Shown here: positions 27,090 through 39,219 of the stretch, piece by piece
How the letters are laid out: every line of letters starts with the position of its first letter
How positions within the stretch are numbered: position 1 is the first letter of the stretch
DNA from: Epithemia pelagica
Taxonomy: Eukaryota > Protista > Bacillariophyta
NCBI GenBank assembly: GCA_946965045.2
Contig: OX337237.1
Coordinates: 3,162,001 to 3,226,000 of the forward strand
Direction of reading: 5' to 3'
Length of the DNA: 64,000 nucleotides
Program-made: the position numbers and the translations under genes
Notes under the pieces: model-generated
What the model saw: the letters and a program-made list of their open reading frames with translations, nothing else
The model's database searches: none
Told to the model about the DNA's origin: nothing

Positions 27090-28456
27090 CAAGTCTCTGA
27101 CGATTCTAGTATTCGATTTCTCTAGAGAGCCATACAGTCTCCGCCCAGCTTTTGTGCGCACGACGGATCGAGACGCGTTTGGCGCAAAGGGGGAATGGGT
27201 AAGACCACACAGTCCGACTTGTCGTCGTCAGGGGTCTCTCTCCTCGTCTCCTCCTCTGGTTCCAGTTCGAGACGTGTGTGTGAGTTTTGTTCGTTCTACC
27301 AGTAGAGTTGGAGGAAACAGCCGAGCCAACCAGTCTCTCACCATTTGGTCCTTCCAGCCCGCACTTTTCTGTTGGACAGGAACTCATCAATGGTGGAACG
27401 TGTACCATAGCTTTCATAGGTATGGTGTGGACCCAGCCACTTCCAAACACATGAAAGCTAGGGTACACGTTCCCCACCCAAAGTCGGCGTGCCACTCCCC
27501 AACCGATCCAGCGTTGCCGAAAAGAAAAAAAAACCGTCACCCATGGTTCTGACGTGTTGTGTACGTTCCAGTCTCCCAACAACACGGTCGTCGTTGGGCC
27601 TCTCTCATGACACGAGAATGCTTCGACCAATGGGTGGGGAGCTGCTTGGCTCCCGACCCCTTGGGCGAAGCACTCTTGCGTCATGCGCGCGCGGTAACGA
27701 CAGGTTCGTTCGTTCGTATAGAACAATGAGCGTATTCGGTCCGCAACAAACGAGGCTTGATCGGGCTTTTTCTTCGTCTTCGTCTTCTTCTTGTTCTTCT
27801 TCTTTTCGTTGGGGAGAATCCACCCGACACTGAAATCGCCTACCTATGGTAGTTAGCGGGTGTATTGTGATCCATATACTGCGATCCAGACATTCCAAAA
27901 AATAGTAAGGCGGTATACACAAAAGAAGGACCGTCACTCCAATTCGTGACCCGACTCGAGAGACGATAGCGCGTCTGTCGACCACGACCACGATCACGAC
28001 TTCTGGCTCGCGCGCCTACCGAACCCGAATGCCGCATTAAGCGACGAGCGAAACCAAAAAAGATCGACGTGAGCACCAGAATCCATTGGGGTTTGGGTGC
28101 AAGCCTTTGGTTCTCGTTTTGTCTGTTGGTAGAAGATACAACAGCGTTCGGGTGCGGTGTTTCGGTTGGAAAGAGTTCTCTTAGAGGGTATCTTTTTCGT
28201 CTCTTTTCTTGTAAAGTGCCAGTTGGAAGCGTGTGTTGGAGCCGTGACTCTTTGTGTCCCTGTTGTTGTTGAGGAATCTCTCTCTCTCTCGTTGTGTGTC
28301 TTTTTGGTTGGTCGAGCCATACGCCAAGTGCAACAACAACAAGAACAACACTATTGAATCCAAGGTTGGTTTGTGCACGAGTGGTGCACCCCAATTGTCG
28401 AAACACTCACTCACTCGTTTGGTTGGTTGGATGGATTCAAACCCACCACCACCACC
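27090..28456. repeat. Degenerate tandem duplication, unit 1 (paralogous to 28568-30129)
   Basis: Collinear blocks caagtctc..ctagtattcga, ggtggaacgtgt, tttgggtgcaagcct, agaagataca.agcgttcgggtgc, gtgccagttggaagcgtg.gttggagccgtgactct and ccaattgtcgaaacactcactcac. Confidence 0.8.
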
Positions 28457-28567
28457 ACCCATCGATTCAGCTAGAGGCACCCAAGATACTACGAGGGAGT
28501 CAGACCTCTTCGTTATTAAACCCCTATCCAACACATTAGCTAGCAATACTTACTACCACGAAATCAA

Positions 28568-29970
28568 CAAGTCTCAGACTATCCTAGTATTCGAGTTCCA
28601 ATAGAGAGAGAGCCTTCGTCCACGCCCCCAATACATTCTCCACCCAGCTTCGCGCCAGACGGATCGTAAAGGCCTTCCACACAACTGGGACATGGAACCA
28701 GACCACATTCCAATGGGTCTCTCCCCTCTCGTTCCAGTGGTAACACGTGATGGTAGTGGATTCTGTGCCGAGAGGAATGGACACCGAGCATCCCATGTCT
28801 CTCCATGGTTCGTCCGCTCGCTTCGGGTCGACCGCAACGAACGTGTACTACAGCTTCAATCTGTTTGGTATTGGCACGGAGACGTTGGGCAACGTCTCCG
28901 GGCCACTACCAAACAAATTCAAGCTGGAGCCTTGTCGTCGAACGACACTCACCAATTCGGACTTAAATGGCGGCAAGTCTCCTTCTCTACAAAAAAGTCT
29001 TTTGCCGCAAAAGTCGCAACAGTTATCTGAAAACTGGGTCGTGAGCCAAACAGCTCCCGACCCAGTTTTGAGACAACTGTTGCGTCATTCGCGAAAGACA
29101 CTTGGTTCGTATCGAACGAGACTTGCAGCAGCGTTGGATTGGCAGCTCGTCGTGTTGGAACCATCTCCACCACCACCGCCAGTAGTCGTCGTGCCGCAAA
29201 AGATCCATGGTGGAACGTGTCCCACAGCTTTTATTACTTGTGTATAGTTTTGCGACGGGCATGACAAGTCCATTCGCCAACACAGAACCATCTATGCGAA
29301 TGGACAGGTCCTGCCGTCGCAAAAAGTCTGCCTGGCAGAATAGTACAAGCTTGGTACGAACAAAACCACCCATTCGGACCGACACGACGACAGTTTGTCC
29401 GCAGCAACCGCGCCTGGAGAGGGCTTCTTCTTCTTCTTCTTCTTTGGGTGAATCCACCACGATGAAACCGCCGTTGTGGTGCAAAAGGGGATTCGGAATT
29501 CGGAATGACTTGTGTGTTGTCTTGTGCAGCAACTCTCGTGTAGAGGTAAAACCTCATTCAATAATAAGTAAGGCGGTAAACAATAATTCCCGTCCCTCCA
29601 TTCGTGGGAGTCGCATCCAGGACTGCGCGCGTGCCCACCATCACGACCAAGACTCCCGACTCGCGCGTCCCCCGAAATCTGGCGAAGCATCCAGCGACGA
29701 GAGAAAAAGACCGAATCCAAACCCAAATCCACGTCAAGAGAGCGAGAAGAGAATCCATTTGGGTGCAAGCCTTGTTCTAGTTGTCTGTAGTAGAAGATAC
29801 AATAGCGTTCGGGTGCAGTGGTTCGGTTGAAAAAAGAGTTCTTCGACGTCAAAAGGGGGAATATCTTTTTCGTTTTGTCGAGTGCCAGTTGGAAGCGTGC
29901 GTTGGAGCCGTGACTCTCCGTGTGTCTCTTTCTCTCGTTGTGTGTCGTTTTGGTCGAGCCATACGCCACG

Positions 29971-30004
<34 letters not shown>

Positions 30005-30129
30005 CTCTTGAATCCAAGGTTGGTGTGTGCCGGAGAATCGTTTGGTGTGGTGCATGCCAATTGTCGAAACACTCACTCACTCACTCACTCACTCGTTTGG
30101 TTGGTTGGATTCGAACCCAATACCACCAC
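28568..30129. repeat. Degenerate tandem duplication, unit 2, running into the 5' region of the lipase-like gene
   Basis: Same blocks as unit 1. Both units carry fragmented minus-strand frames with related ends (SWAETVWLSREIEY* and SWVENV...LLELEY*). Confidence 0.8.
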
Positions 30130-30166
30130 AGTTTCCTCCATTGTTCTCGCTACTCTCCCAAAAGAA

Positions 30167-31552
30167 ATGTCTCGTCATCCCTTTCAATGGCCGTCCGATT
30201 TGTCGGTCGAATTGTCTCAAGTGGGCCATGCCACCTTTTTGGCCACCGTCTGGCAGAGTTTGGTATCCTTTGCTCAAGAGTTGCGCAAACAACAACAACA
30301 ATCCCAAACTGACTCGGACGACAACGACGACGACTATGTCTTGGAAGGCTTGCCCCTGGATCCCACGACCGGCCAAGTAGCTCGTACCTTGACCACGGTC
30401 ACGGCCGAACAAGTCTGGGATTTGGTGCAAGAAAATCAAGATGTCTTGGTACGGGACGACTCGAACCACCAAAACAACCAAACCAACAAGAGGGGCTTGT
30501 GGACCAAGACGATGCAAGATTGGATTTGGACACAGTTTGTCCAACTCTTGGAAACCTGTCCTCCCGGTACCTTGTCCCTCGTGGCCTGGGACAATGATTC
30601 CGACAAGGAAATGTCCTATGTCTTGGTACGAGAAGCGCATGAAAAACGATTGACCTTGGTCTTGTTGGGCAATTCCAATCAGAACAATCACATGGTATCC
30701 CCCTGGTATCTCGCACAATCGCCCTTTGCCCTGTTGGAACACGCCTGTCGTGGTCGTGACAAGAACAACCACAAGGGAACGTCACCATTGGAACCTCCCA
30801 CGGTCCATGCCGGCATGTCCCACCTCTTGTTTGGTTCCTTGAATGGACAATCCTCCTCCTTACTGGACCGGATTGGCCACTCCTTGCACCCCTGGTTGCA
30901 AGCCTTTCCCAAATATCAACTCTACGTGACGGGATCGCCCGGTGTGGGGGCCGGACTGGCCCAACTCGTGGCCGTCACCTTGGCCTGTCATTCCATGGAC
31001 CATTCCCCCAAGGACCGGGCGGCCACCCACACAACAACAACGACCAGTTCCAAATCCACAAACGACGACGATACCGTGTCGCCCTTGCCGTCACAACTGC
31101 CTCACCTTTCGACTCCCATTTCCTGTATTGCCTGGGGGGCCCCGCGCCTGGGCAATCATGGATGGTTGCAACACGTTCAAGTCTTGGAACAAGCAAATCG
31201 CCTTCGACTGTTGCGCATTCACACCACTGACGCAACGACGACAACAGGGCCCGTGTGGGGATTTTGTCATGTCGGATTTCAATTGAACTTGTCGTCCAAT
31301 ACGACTGCCGTTGTACAAGTGTCGTATCCCAAATTGACCGACACGTGTGGGGCCCGCTTGCACCGAGCCTGGTCCAATCGACTGTCCTTCTTGGGTCACA
31401 CCACCCATAAAAAGTCCCTCCTCGAGGCATGGCACCCCTATGCGCAAGCCCTCCAAGCGTGTCGATCCGACGTGGCGCAATGGGACTGGAAGGAATTGTA
31501 TCAAACCACCTCCTATACGGGATTTGGGGACCCTTTCACCAAATCCATTTAG
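30167..31552 (+). CDS. Class-3 lipase homologue lacking the GxSxG nucleophile motif (about 461 aa)
   Basis: Fold motifs TVHAGM, LYVTG...GLAQL, IAWGAPRLGN and FCHVG occur in lipase_3 order, but the elbow reads TGSPGVGAGLA. First ATG at 30167. Confidence 0.7.
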   Translation: MSRHPFQWPSDLSVELSQVGHATFLATVWQSLVSFAQELRKQQQQSQTDSDDNDDDYVLEGLPLDPTTGQVARTLTTVTAEQVWDLVQENQDVLVRDDSNHQNNQTNKRGLWTKTMQDWIWTQFVQLLETCPPGTLSLVAWDNDSDKEMSYVLVREAHEKRLTLVLLGNSNQNNHMVSPWYLAQSPFALLEHACRGRDKNNHKGTSPLEPPTVHAGMSHLLFGSLNGQSSSLLDRIGHSLHPWLQAFPKYQLYVTGSPGVGAGLAQLVAVTLACHSMDHSPKDRAATHTTTTTSSKSTNDDDTVSPLPSQLPHLSTPISCIAWGAPRLGNHGWLQHVQVLEQANRLRLLRIHTTDATTTTGPVWGFCHVGFQLNLSSNTTAVVQVSYPKLTDTCGARLHRAWSNRLSFLGHTTHKKSLLEAWHPYAQALQACRSDVAQWDWKELYQTTSYTGFGDPFTKSI

Positions 31553-31998
31553 AGGTATATCGATTGGTAGCCACGCCACCACAACGACAAGAACAACAAC
31601 AAGAACAACAACGACGACAAATCATACAACCGACACTTGAGGGTGTTTCGTTTCTCTCGCTCTCTGTACGAATAATACGATTCGAATGACAATCGTATAT
31701 CTAGTCTCCACAGTTGCACACGCAACATTTGCCTCTTCTTTATTCTCTCTCTCTAGTATGAGTCGTAGCCTCGTGATTCGTAGCATGGAATCCGTGGCAC
31801 AATCCTTTGGATATACACTCTACTATTTTACTCTTGCGTAAAAGGTTGTGTTGGGGGTACATTCTCACACAACCATTTTGTGGTCCACAAGACGCTTGGA
31901 GGCGTCGGACGCCTGGTGCATTCGTCTTTTCTCCTTTGAAATCAAACAATATTCCCCCTCTTTGGATTCCTTCCATTCATCTACAGGTTGCGATTGAA

Positions 31999-33852
31999 TT
32001 ATTTGGCTGCCGAGGCACGTTGCTCTTCTTGTTTCCCAGTGGCTTTGGGGGCCTGGTTCTTGTTGTGGTTGGCCATTTGCTTTTGCTTTTGCTGCTGCTG
32101 CTTCTTTTTCTTGTTTTTGTTCTTGTTCTTCGTGTCGTCGTCCTCATTGACATTCTTTTTCCACGCCGTCAAGAGATGGGGATCGACCGCCACATGAGGC
32201 TCGTCGTCCTTTGGAGAAAAGACGACCCGATGCAAACAATCGTGAAAGACGACATGTTCGCAGGGCAATTGTTCCTTCTTGGCCGCATACCGCAAAATAT
32301 TGGTTGACAAGTGGGGATCGTGTGGGAGCAATTGCATGCGAGGGGGAGACAAGGCCACGGTCAAAGAGCTATTGGCCGAGGTCATACCGAGTTGCTCGGC
32401 TTGTTGTTGTTGCTGCTGTTCAATCATGCCGAGCAAATCGTATTGACATTGGGGTGTGAACCACGTCGAGGCCCGATACAGAGCCACGCCTCCAAAACAG
32501 GACCGGACGGGAGCCAATTGGTACTTTCCCGTAGTAGTAAGGTTATCGTCCTGGTGCACACTGTCGGATGGATCCTTATGCATGGCACTGTAGTCATTGG
32601 CTTGTTGTTGCAAGTACTGCATGAGATCGTACTGGGTAAAGACGACGTGTTTGGATGAATGGTGGTGTTTGGCCGCCTGCTTGGCTTGGCCCAAGGTATT
32701 GGGAATAATGGAAGGATCTTCACCTTGATAATACCGGCCCAATAAACGTTGTTTGGCGACAAAGCCAAAGGTATCGGGCCAGGCGACAAAGGCATAATTG
32801 TCATAATAAAACAACATGTCTTGCAATCGTTTCGGTACCGCGTAACGACGAGCCGCAGCGGCACGAGGTTCCTGCCATTGCTTCCATTGCAATTGGGCCG
32901 ATTCGACGGGATGGTCCACCCAATGTCCGGCTCCACACACAACCTGAAACGTGTGCATTGTGCGGCTTCGTTGCACAAGTTCGGCGGCCGTGGGAAAGGA
33001 CCACAAATCCAAATCCAACAGGATCACCACGTCGTCGTCTTGGTGGTCGCCGCCAGTGGGATACACGAGTCGCCGAATGCGTTCGCGTTGCAAATCTCGA
33101 ATTTGTGCCAACCGTTGAATGCGATGACTGGCAATCTGTCGGGGAGGGACATGGGTGGTGGTGGGATCGGGCGAGTGTTGGAGTTGCCACAACACATCGT
33201 CTTGAACTTCGAGATGGACCGGGCCACAATTCCAGTGACGAGTTTGTTGGCGCGAGGCCTCGTCGACATGTTTGGCCACGATATGAATCAACGCATGGTA
33301 CTGACACGACAAGTCGTGGAGTAACTCCCACGTCGACTCTCGCACTTGATGAGTATCCATGACCAAACCAGCCACCACGATACGTGGTGCTGTTGGGGAG
33401 GAATCCACGCCTGCAGCTTTGGAACCATCCACGAAACGGTCCCACTTCAAACTGGCATCGGCCTTTGGCTCCTTCCATTCCTGCAATGTCAATTCGGGTG
33501 ATGCTTGACTGGGAGGAGGATCAAGACGACGTACCGCACCATCCTGAATCATGTGTGGGACAAGGCCCGCCATGGTGGTGGTGCTGGTGGTGTGTCTGCC
33601 GCGATTGCTTTCCAACATGTACCAGGCGGATGCGGGAACCGAGTCGGGAAAGACTTGGCTATGCAACAAGAGAGGCACCAAAATCCACAAGGTAAACACC
33701 GAGACAAAGAGTAATACGGCGCAATGCTTGGAAGTTCCAGTGGATCGCCGTCCTTGCTTGCATCGTTCGCATCGTGCTGTTCGTGTACTTGTTGTTGTTG
33801 TTGTTCCACTGCAATTGGCATTGCCCATGGTCATGGCTCCAGTTTGTGTCAT
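31999..33852 (-). CDS. CAP59/CMT1-like GT-A glycosyltransferase, type II membrane protein (617 aa)
   Basis: TM anchor AVLLFVSVFTLWILVPLLL; RIQRLAQIRDLQR; VILLDLDL (DxD); FYYDNYAF; PVRSCFGGVALYR; CEHVVFHDCL. Confidence 0.7.
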   Translation of the reverse strand: MTQTGAMTMGNANCSGTTTTTSTRTARCERCKQGRRSTGTSKHCAVLLFVSVFTLWILVPLLLHSQVFPDSVPASAWYMLESNRGRHTTSTTTMAGLVPHMIQDGAVRRLDPPPSQASPELTLQEWKEPKADASLKWDRFVDGSKAAGVDSSPTAPRIVVAGLVMDTHQVRESTWELLHDLSCQYHALIHIVAKHVDEASRQQTRHWNCGPVHLEVQDDVLWQLQHSPDPTTTHVPPRQIASHRIQRLAQIRDLQRERIRRLVYPTGGDHQDDDVVILLDLDLWSFPTAAELVQRSRTMHTFQVVCGAGHWVDHPVESAQLQWKQWQEPRAAAARRYAVPKRLQDMLFYYDNYAFVAWPDTFGFVAKQRLLGRYYQGEDPSIIPNTLGQAKQAAKHHHSSKHVVFTQYDLMQYLQQQANDYSAMHKDPSDSVHQDDNLTTTGKYQLAPVRSCFGGVALYRASTWFTPQCQYDLLGMIEQQQQQQAEQLGMTSANSSLTVALSPPRMQLLPHDPHLSTNILRYAAKKEQLPCEHVVFHDCLHRVVFSPKDDEPHVAVDPHLLTAWKKNVNEDDDTKNKNKNKKKKQQQQKQKQMANHNKNQAPKATGKQEEQRASAAK

Positions 33853-34624
33853 GGTGGCGCGAGAATGGAGGGAAGAAAATTAAGTTTGTGGTACGAGCCA
33901 CGGTGGAGCGTGACGAGAGTTTTGGGAATATGATCGTTCTTCTTTTTTGTGAGACTGACTGTGAACATGCTTGTATGGGTTGCACACTGGATGGGTTTTC
34001 ATTCCATTTCCATCGAAAACCAAGACAGAGCACCTCTTTCTGTCTCGTTTTGCAAGAACTTTGTCGGAGTCGTTTCGGCTCCAAAGTTTCCGAACCCATT
34101 GTGAGGATGAGTTTTTTGTCTTCCCCAGAATCGGCACCGTGGAAAAAGTGCCGGCCTATTTCACTCTGGATCACCCCGCGCGCACACCCGTCACACGCAC
34201 GACCCTCCTTTCTCTATGACTGATCGACAGACAGACGCCTATGCCCCAAAATGTCCAGTCAATGTCCGGAGTGTCACCCTCCTAAAGTCATTTCAATCGC
34301 TCAACGGAGCTGTTCCGAGAGTCATTGATAAGTATCGGAGAATCCACAGAGAGCGTGCGACAGTCCTACGACTACCAAATGACTCTCCAACTGAGCTCGC
34401 CTTTTATCAAAAGTTCAAACTTGTTGGGGAAAAGATAGCCCTACGACCTATCCTTTCGACTACACACAAGCAAGGAGAGTTCGGGTTGTGGTGCTGTTGC
34501 TGCGGTTTCGTATTCATAGAACTACCTACATTAGAGTTGGAAGTGGCAACCACAATACCAACAACTGTTCGTTGTTGTTGTTTCTAGTTTGTCTTTTGCA
34601 ATTCCAAACTACGACGACGACACC

Positions 34625-37429
34625 ATGAGCTCTTCGGTATTGCCCGGCCGTGGCGGCGGCAACGGCAGCAGCAAACGTCGTCGCCGTCGTCCTCCCTTGC
34701 ACTACCAAGCACGGATGGCTTCGGAAACGACCGCCGAAGAGCGGTTCTTGCAACAAGCCATTCAAAATTCCAAATTGGACAAGGGTCGACCGGCCAATGG
34801 CAAATTGTCCATTCCCCATGGCCCCGTCTTTTATCCCACCCAACAAGACTTTGAAGGCAATCCCTTGCAGTATATCGAAAAAATACGGCCCATTGCCGAA
34901 CGCTATGGGATTTGCAAGGTGGTGCCTCCGGCGGGCTGGAATCCAGCGCCCTTTTGTAAGTACCACCAAACTAGAAAAGGATGAGGTCATGCGATGGAGT
35001 ACGCAAGGGAATCAGGTCTGGAATGGAGCATCTTGTCGCGATTTCCATGGTTTTTGTAAAGATGGGATCTTCCAATATTTGGTTCTGCAGTGGGAGTTCG
35101 GGTTGTGCACACCCTTCGTAGTGTATGTACTGAGTTGTACCTAAACCATTACATTCTCTCACCTCTCTCTCTTGGTGTCTTGTCGTTGTTTGTTTTTATA
35201 ATACAACGTTCCAGGCGTAAAGGAAGATTGCGACAAGCGGTTTAAAACCAAACTGCAAGTGTTGCATCGATTGCAAGAGGGGATTAGTTATGGCGATGGC
35301 GTGGAATATACCGTGTCTGAGTATTTACAGACGGCCAGTCGCCGCACACAGGAATGGAAGGCCAAATACTATCCGGACCATGACCTCTTGGCTCGACACA
35401 AACAAGCCTTGGAGGAAAAACAACAACAACAACAACAAGCGCAGGCCTCCGTTCCACCCGAAACTCCGGTGAGTAGTAGCAGTACTGGTGGTACCGGAGA
35501 GACCCCGTTGACCAGTAGTACGGCCCATCATCAAAAAATGTTTTTGCCGGAAAATTTGGAACGTGATTTTTGGGACATTGTCGAAGCACACACTCGTCAA
35601 GTTACGGTCGAATATGGGAACGATGTGGATACGGCCACGTTTGGATCGGCCTTTCCCCTCTCTCGACGGGGACGGTCCGTCAAACGACCTTCACCGGAGG
35701 CGGGTAGCGATGGGACACCTTCGACGCCCTCCACCACGGATGAAGAAGCAGACGACGAAGACTACGAGGAGGAGGAAGAGGAGAATAAAACGGGCAAAAC
35801 CGAGCCCGAATTTGGAACTCCGGAATGTAAGTGGAACATGGGTATTTCGATTCTGCTGTTGCGTGGTGCCAGGTGTCTCAGTTTTCCTATTTTCTTGCCG
35901 TTTTCTAGACTATCGCGAAACCTACTGGAATCTCAACAATATTCCAAATGCCCCTGGCTCGTGAGTATAGTTCTGCCTCTTTGGCCCTTTATGCATTGTA
36001 GGTCATGTTCTCACTGTGTTTTCGTCGTTACTTTTGCTGTGACAGCGTGCTTCGTCATGTCAAAGTCGGCATTAATGGAATCAACGTCCCTTGGATGTAC
36101 TACGGTTCCTTATTTACCACCTTTGCCTACCACAATGAAGACAATTATCTGTATTCCATCAACTATCACCATCGGGGGGCACCCAAACAATGGTACGGGG
36201 TTCCCGGAAATCGAACTGCCGCCGATGGCCTCGAGACTGTCTTTAAGAGCTATCTCTCCATGAAAATGCGAGATGTACCCGATTTGTTGCATCACATTAC
36301 CACCATGTTTAGTCCGCGGTTGTTGCAAAATGCCAATGTTCCAGTTTGCCGGCTCATCCAGTACGAAGGAGAGGTAAGAAGACTTGTGTGTATGGTACGA
36401 ATGACTCTTTTGGATGCCCCTCCCTAACAAGCGTTGTAATGCTCTTCGTTACAGTTTGTCATTACCTTTCCTCGAGCCTTTCATGGTGGATTCAGTTACG
36501 GGCCCAACATTGGGGAGGCAGTCAATTTTGCCAGTCACGATTGGATTCAATACGGTGCCGATGCGAACGAACGGTACCGTTCCTTTGCTCGCCCGGCCGT
36601 CTTTTCTCACGATCGTCTCACCTTGACCATGGCCAATCATTTACACGATCAACCCTCGTATGAGGCATGTCAATTGTTGTTGAATGAGATTGAACGCGTG
36701 GTGCAAGAAGAATTGGAGTTGCGGGCCAAACTCAAACGGAATGGTGTCCGCGATGTTTCGCAGTGTATTACATTGCCCAAAAATCGCGTCGATCAATTGG
36801 ACGAATCCAGTGCGGCCTACGATGACAAACGGTTGTGTCATGCCTGTAAACATGTCTGTTTCTTTTCGGCCGTTGCCTGTGAATGTAGTCAGAGTAAGGT
36901 CTCGTGTCTCCGACATGCCCATTTCATGTGTCGATGTCCACCCGAGAAAAAGTACTTTATGATTTGGAGGTGAGTGCGTCTGGAGTGCCGAGTGTTTCAG
37001 GACTGAATGTGTTGTCTGACGTTTTGGTATATATATATATATATATGATTGGACAGTCAAAACGAGGAACTCGATGCCACGGTAGAAAAGGTGCGCCGTC
37101 ATTGCCAAAGTCTCAAACCGCCAGCCAAGGAGGATCCACCAGAATCCACCGATCCTACACCCGACGCACCCGATTCGTCATCATCGTCGTTGGGTCCCAC
37201 CAATACCACCAACAACAACAATAACACAAACAAACCGGTCCCCTTGCCACCCATGGGACCGGGTGCCGAAAAGGACTGGTTGTGGCATGAACACGATGAG
37301 ATTCAAACGGGATACTTGTTGGATGAAAAATATCGGCCCTGTGCCTCGATTCGCAAACCACGGGATGTCTTGGAACAAGAAATTGAAGTGGCCCGTCAAA
37401 AGAAGAAACGTGCCAGGGATATGCCATGA
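34625..37429 (+). CDS. KDM5/JARID-like JmjN-JmjC-C5HC2 lysine demethylase; exons 34625-34955, 35215-35826, 35909-35960, 36046-36373, 36455-36969, 37057-37429 (736 aa)
   Basis: Jmj[30 protein letters not shown]; JmjC AYHNED...KQWY...FPRAFHGGF (H/E/H triad); zf-C5HC2 CHACKHVC...CEC...CLRH...CRC. Five GT-AG introns give a continuous 2211-nt frame. Confidence 0.92.
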
Positions 37430-38172
37430 TGTGTGAACAATCCACGGAGTTGGAACCACAGGGAGGTACGTTCCGCAGAGAGAGCCGGGGACACACGCCT
37501 GTAGAAGTTGTTGTTGTAGTATGTAGAAAATGGGAACTCCATGGACCATTGTCGGATGCGGCTCTCTCTCTCGTTTGGTTGGGTTGGCGTGGAGCAAACG
37601 CCAAACGGTTTGTGGGAGGAGAGCCAAACGTGACGGTTTGGAGTGTATCCACTTGTACCTTTGTACAATAGCGGACTTATACTTTTCTGGACGTGAACTT
37701 GCTCTCCGTTCTCCATAGTAGCGCTATTAGAGATCCAATGTCTGTCACCTGCTGTTGTGTTGGTGTGGTACACCATGTGGCGTTTTGAAAGGTTTATGAT
37801 AGTCGCGAAACGATTCAGCATATAGACCAAACAACAAAAGCCGTCCTCCTCCTCCTTTACTATTAGAGTACTCCTAGTAATCAAGAGAAACGTCCATCGT
37901 CTACACTATGTTGGCTATGAACTCTATGGGTGCGTCGCATTATATACGTGGCCGCGTTTGTTCCAAGAGCATCCACGACGATCGTCATTCGCCCATCTCA
38001 ACACATCACGATGATGCTTTTTGGTTTTTGGAGACACAATGAGAGAGTTTGAGGCACGATGGGAGCATGTCATAAACTTGGTGTGCTGATGTTTTACACA
38101 AGGCAAAGACTCGACGGAGTGCTTCTTGACCCTTGATTGTTTGTTTCTTGTCCTATTACCATATTACCCATC

Positions 38173-39219
38173 ATGTCGGTTGCCTTTACGGCACCACCGG
38201 CTGACAAGAACCAGAAAAAGGACACCAAACAACCACCGGCAGTGTCCTCGTCGAATGATGACGACGACAATGCCTATATCCCTCACACTGTCTGGGAATG
38301 GAAACAAGACATGTCGACTGGCAATGCCATTGTGAATATCAATCGTCCCACCACCGGTCCTCGGTTTGACAAGGCCTTGCCACCTCGTGGCAACCATGCC
38401 TTGCAATTGTACAGTTTGGCCACTCCGAAGGGCATCAAGGTGACGATCTTCTTGGAAGAATTGTTGGCTGCCGGATACAATCAGGCCGAATACGATGCCT
38501 ATCGCATTGATATTTTGCAAGATCAAGATCAATTTAGTTCGGGCTTTTGCGAAATCAATCCCAATTCCAAAATGCCTGCCCTCGTGGATTACAGCAACCA
38601 GGACGACCCAGAGAACGGAACACGTGTCTTTGAATTGGCTCACATTCTCTTGTACTTGGCCGAAAAGTTCGACCATGCCTTTTTGCCCGCCGCCCATCGG
38701 ACCGAGGTGTTGAATTGGTTGTTTTGGCAAGCCGGTGCGGCACCCTTTTTGGGCGGTGGCTTTGGACACTTTTATCATTATGCCCATGTCAAGATGGAAT
38801 ATCCCATTGACCGATATACCATGGAAACCAAGCGACAATTGGACGTGTTGAATCGACACTTGTCGTCGTCGTCGTCGACTGCTACGAATGGCGGTGGTGG
38901 CCCCTACATGGTGGGGACCGAGTATACGATTGCCGACATGGCACTCTTTCCCTGGTACGGTGGTTTGGTCTTGGGATTCTAGTATGGGTCGGCCGCCACC
39001 TTTTTAAATGTCCAACAGGAGTATCCGCACGTGGTGGCCTGGGCTCAACGGATTGCGGCCCGACCGGCGGTGCAACGCGGATTAATCGTCAACAAACAAT
39101 CGGTGCTCCCCGAACGACATTGTGCCACCGATGTCGATCGAGCCTTGGCGTTGCAACAACAACAACAAGAACAACAATCCAAGGAAGCAAAGGACAGTCG
39201 ATCGACGGCGCGTCTCTAA
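38173..39219 (+). pseudogene. yghU: YghU-like (Nu-class) glutathione S-transferase / disulfide oxidoreductase interrupted by an in-frame TAG
   Basis: RFDKALPPRGNHALQLYSLATP, AEYDAYRIDI..DQFSSGFCEINPNSKMPAL and EVLNWLFWQAGAAPFLGGGFGHFYHYA. TAG at 38980-38982, after which homology continues in the same frame (YGSAATFL..YPHVVAWA.RI..RPAVQRG...LPERH) to 39219. Confidence 0.8.

Noticed and set aside
37028-37046. Simple (TA)n, (AG)n, (CT)n and (CACT)n microsatellites (also about 1685, 30071 and 39806)
   Set aside because: Ordinary short intronic or intergenic microsatellites with no further structure.
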